Shown here one piece after another: positions 61,819 to 64,000 of a DNA stretch of 64,000 bases. The DNA is from an uncultured virus (IMG/VR IMGVR_UViG_2061766007_000596) (Duplodnaviria; Heunggongvirae; Uroviricota; Caudoviricetes), in IMG/VR virus record IMGVR_UViG_2061766007_000596. The stretch is one strand, 5' to 3'. Each line of letters opens with the position of its first letter. Positions within the stretch are counted from its first letter, which is position 1. A program made the translations under genes and the position numbers. Under the pieces are notes generated by a model that was not told the origin of the DNA, ran no database searches, and worked only from the letters and a program-made list of their open reading frames with translations.

Positions 61819-62226
61819 ATGAGCAAATCTGCTATATATATTGCAAATCCTTCAACTCAATTAATTGCAGTTGATGGAGTAATTACACCTGGTACAATTA
61901 TTAGACGTTTTGGACCTAATCTTACACTCTCTGGAAATGGAATTCAAATAGATGGCGTCGGTTATTATGACATAGATGCTACATTTACAATGGCTCCTAC
62001 AGAGGTTGGTGAAGTAACAGTCACCGCATACCTTGATGGAGTAGCAATACCTGGAGCTGTAGCAACATCGACTGCAGCTGCTGCAGGTGATTATGTAAAT
62101 TTATCTATTTCTTCTATTGTTAGAGAGAATTGTGCTTGCTGCTCAGGACTTAGGACATTAACCTTTGTACTTACAGGACTCTCGGCTAATGTCACTAATG
62201 TTGCTATTGTCGTAGAAAAATTATGA
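61819..62226 (+). CDS. beta-sandwich protein, BclA-C/C1q-like pattern
   Basis: GIQIDGVGYYDIDATF...YLDGVAIPGA...LSISSIV...NVAIVVEKL. Confidence 0.5.
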   Translation: MSKSAIYIANPSTQLIAVDGVITPGTIIRRFGPNLTLSGNGIQIDGVGYYDIDATFTMAPTEVGEVTVTAYLDGVAIPGAVATSTAAAAGDYVNLSISSIVRENCACCSGLRTLTFVLTGLSANVTNVAIVVEKL

Positions 62227-62783
62227 CAGTAGATGAACTTTTTAGTCAATTAGCAGCACATATGATTGAAGGTTTAATGGTACATTCACAAATGTCTGAT
62301 TATTTTGGATTTTTGAGTTTGACGGGTTATCAAGAATGTCATAAATATCATTATTTTGAAGAAAATGCCAATTATAGAAAAATAAATAAATATTACCTTC
62401 ATCATTATAATAAGATAGTTCCAGAAATGCCTTTTAATAATCCTAATATAATTCCAGAATCTTGGTATAAATATACTAGACAAGATGTTAATGCAACTAC
62501 AAGAAAAAATGCTATTCAAAGTGGAATGGATAAATGGATTAAGTGGGAAGAAGAAACAAAAAAATTGTATCAATATATATATCAAGAATTAATTGCTTTA
62601 AAAGAAATTGCTGCTGCTGAAGAAGTAGCTAAATATATTATTGATGTAGATTATGAACTTGCAGAAGCCATACAAGAAGATCTTGAACTTAAAGCAATTG
62701 ATTATGATATAACTATAATTATAGATAATCAAAATAAAATATATAAACAATATGAAAAAAAATTAAAGGAGATAGATTTATGA
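62223..62783 (+). CDS. ferritin-like four-helix protein
   Basis: Helical; H/E spacing (GYQECHKYHYFEE, WIKWEEET, DVDYEL). Confidence 0.5.
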   Translation: MTVDELFSQLAAHMIEGLMVHSQMSDYFGFLSLTGYQECHKYHYFEENANYRKINKYYLHHYNKIVPEMPFNNPNIIPESWYKYTRQDVNATTRKNAIQSGMDKWIKWEEETKKLYQYIYQELIALKEIAAAEEVAKYIIDVDYELAEAIQEDLELKAIDYDITIIIDNQNKIYKQYEKKLKEIDL

Positions 62784-62954
62784 TAAGCATTGATGAAATC
62801 AATAAAGAAATTAATAATTTAGAAAATAAAGATTGTACGACCTATGATATATGTAAAAAATTAGCTATTCTTTATACAGTCAAAAATAATTTTAAACCTA
62901 TTCAAAAAAATATAAATAATATGGAATTAGATATGTCTAAACCTATTATGAAAT
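62780..62954 (+). CDS. small hypothetical protein (end lies in an N-gap)
   Basis: AAGGAG RBS, coupled start. Confidence 0.55.
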
Positions 62955-62994
62955 NNNNNNNNNNNNNNNNNNNNNNNNNNNNNNNGCTATTTTT

Positions 62995-64000
62995 TTATTG
63001 TATTTTTGCTACTGTATAAATAAAATCTTTAAAAGATATTTCTGGTACAAAAGGTCCAGAAAATAATTCACTATTCCTTAAAACATTATTATATTTGATT
63101 GGGTCTGAAGATACAAAATCTACTATATATTTTAAACTTAATTCCGGAAAAGTATTAATTAATTTATGAATATAATTACTAATTAATTTAAGCACATCAT
63201 CATAATTATAATTTTTATCATAATATATTCCGCCTTCATAATAAAAATAAGCATGAAGTAAAGCCATTAAAAGTTGATTTAAAAATACTTTCTCTCTTGT
63301 TTCTTCATAACTATCCCAATATGGGTCTGAACAAGATATTAAATAATCATTAAAGTTTTCAAATAGATAACCTCTATTATCAGTAATAGTTCTTGATAAA
63401 GAATTCGGATTATCATACCAACAATAAGTATTTATATTTAAGTAATGCCAATCTTTTTTTAATCTAAATAAATAATTTAAAATTGAACTATTAAAATATA
63501 TATCTTCATGAGTGTATAAATCTTTTTTGAAATTAATATTATAAGGTCTAATTAAATTATCTATTGAATACCATTTTCCATGTAACCATGTTGGTTGATG
63601 TCTATATTCTTGATGATAACCTATTTTGTCATTATATCCTCTCATAATTGTACTAACAACATATATAGTTTCATTAGAATGGTCATTAATGTATTCTTTT
63701 ACTTGTTTTAAAGAATCTGGTTCAAAGAAATCATCTTGGTCACAGAAAAATAACCATTTACCATTTATAAATTCCATGCCTTTTCTTCGAGTATTACCTG
63801 GACAATGCATTTCTACATTTGTTTCAGTGAAGAGTATATTAAAGTCATACTCTTTTAATTTTTCTCTATAATTGAGATTATCTGAATTATCATCAACTAC
63901 AATAATAAGTAAATCATCTTTAGGAATATTTTGTTTTGTTAAACTATCAAATAGTCTATGAATTAATCCTTCAGGATTATGACAAGGAACTATTAAATTA
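62995..64000 (-). CDS. family 2 glycosyltransferase (5' end outside the window)
   Basis: The frame extends upstream of 63810: LIVPCHNP...LFDSL..Q...IIVVDDNS...PGNTRRKG...WLFFCDQDD (DxD), HED motif. Confidence 0.85.
   Translation of the reverse strand, partial: NLIVPCHNPEGLIHRLFDSLTKQNIPKDDLLIIVVDDNSDNLNYREKLKEYDFNILFTETNVEMHCPGNTRRKGMEFINGKWLFFCDQDDFFEPDSLKQVKEYINDHSNETIYVVSTIMRGYNDKIGYHQEYRHQPTWLHGKWYSIDNLIRPYNINFKKDLYTHEDIYFNSSILNYLFRLKKDWHYLNINTYCWYDNPNSLSRTITDNRGYLFENFNDYLISCSDPYWDSYEETREKVFLNQLLMALLHAYFYYEGGIYYDKNYNYDDVLKLISNYIHKLINTFPELSLKYIVDFVSSDPIKYNNVLRNSELFSGPFVPEISFKDFIYTVAKIQ

Overview
This window is part of a large, AT-rich tailed dsDNA phage, probably of a Firmicutes (Clostridia-like) host; the host is inferred from sigma-A-type promoters and AGGAGG RBSs. 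It is a gapped assembly with N-runs from about 24.97 kb onward. Left arm (1-13.1 kb, genes on the minus strand): an accessory/early-like region with about 25 small genes, a tRNA-Lys(UUU), at least 13 sigma-A-type promoters and very regular non-coding architecture. That architecture includes (i) 30-bp hairpins with covarying 10-bp stems and a conserved TTGAACTGCA loop between transcription units; (ii) a second hairpin family (loop RGGTGGTYAR) at every gene-gene junction of three tandem operons; (iii) three arrays (about 30+ copies by hand count) of AAACCCGCATGAATACTG; (iv) TTGTGCA-N3-TGCACAA operator-like palindromes; and (v) several structured RNA candidates, including a ~285-nt ncRNA with its own promoter and terminator. 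Right arm (13.7-63 kb, plus strand): terminase, portal, protease/scaffold, capsid, neck, tail tube, a 2830-aa tape measure protein, baseplate/tail proteins, holin, a SHAEG-repeat tail fibre, a RuvC-like resolvase and a six-gene Cys-rich/BclA-C-like/ferritin-like cluster, with a recurring putative phage-specific late promoter (GGDC-N9-TAR-N17-TTA). A GT2 glycosyltransferase enters from the right edge on the minus strand. All calls come from reading motifs and gene order; no database searches were run.
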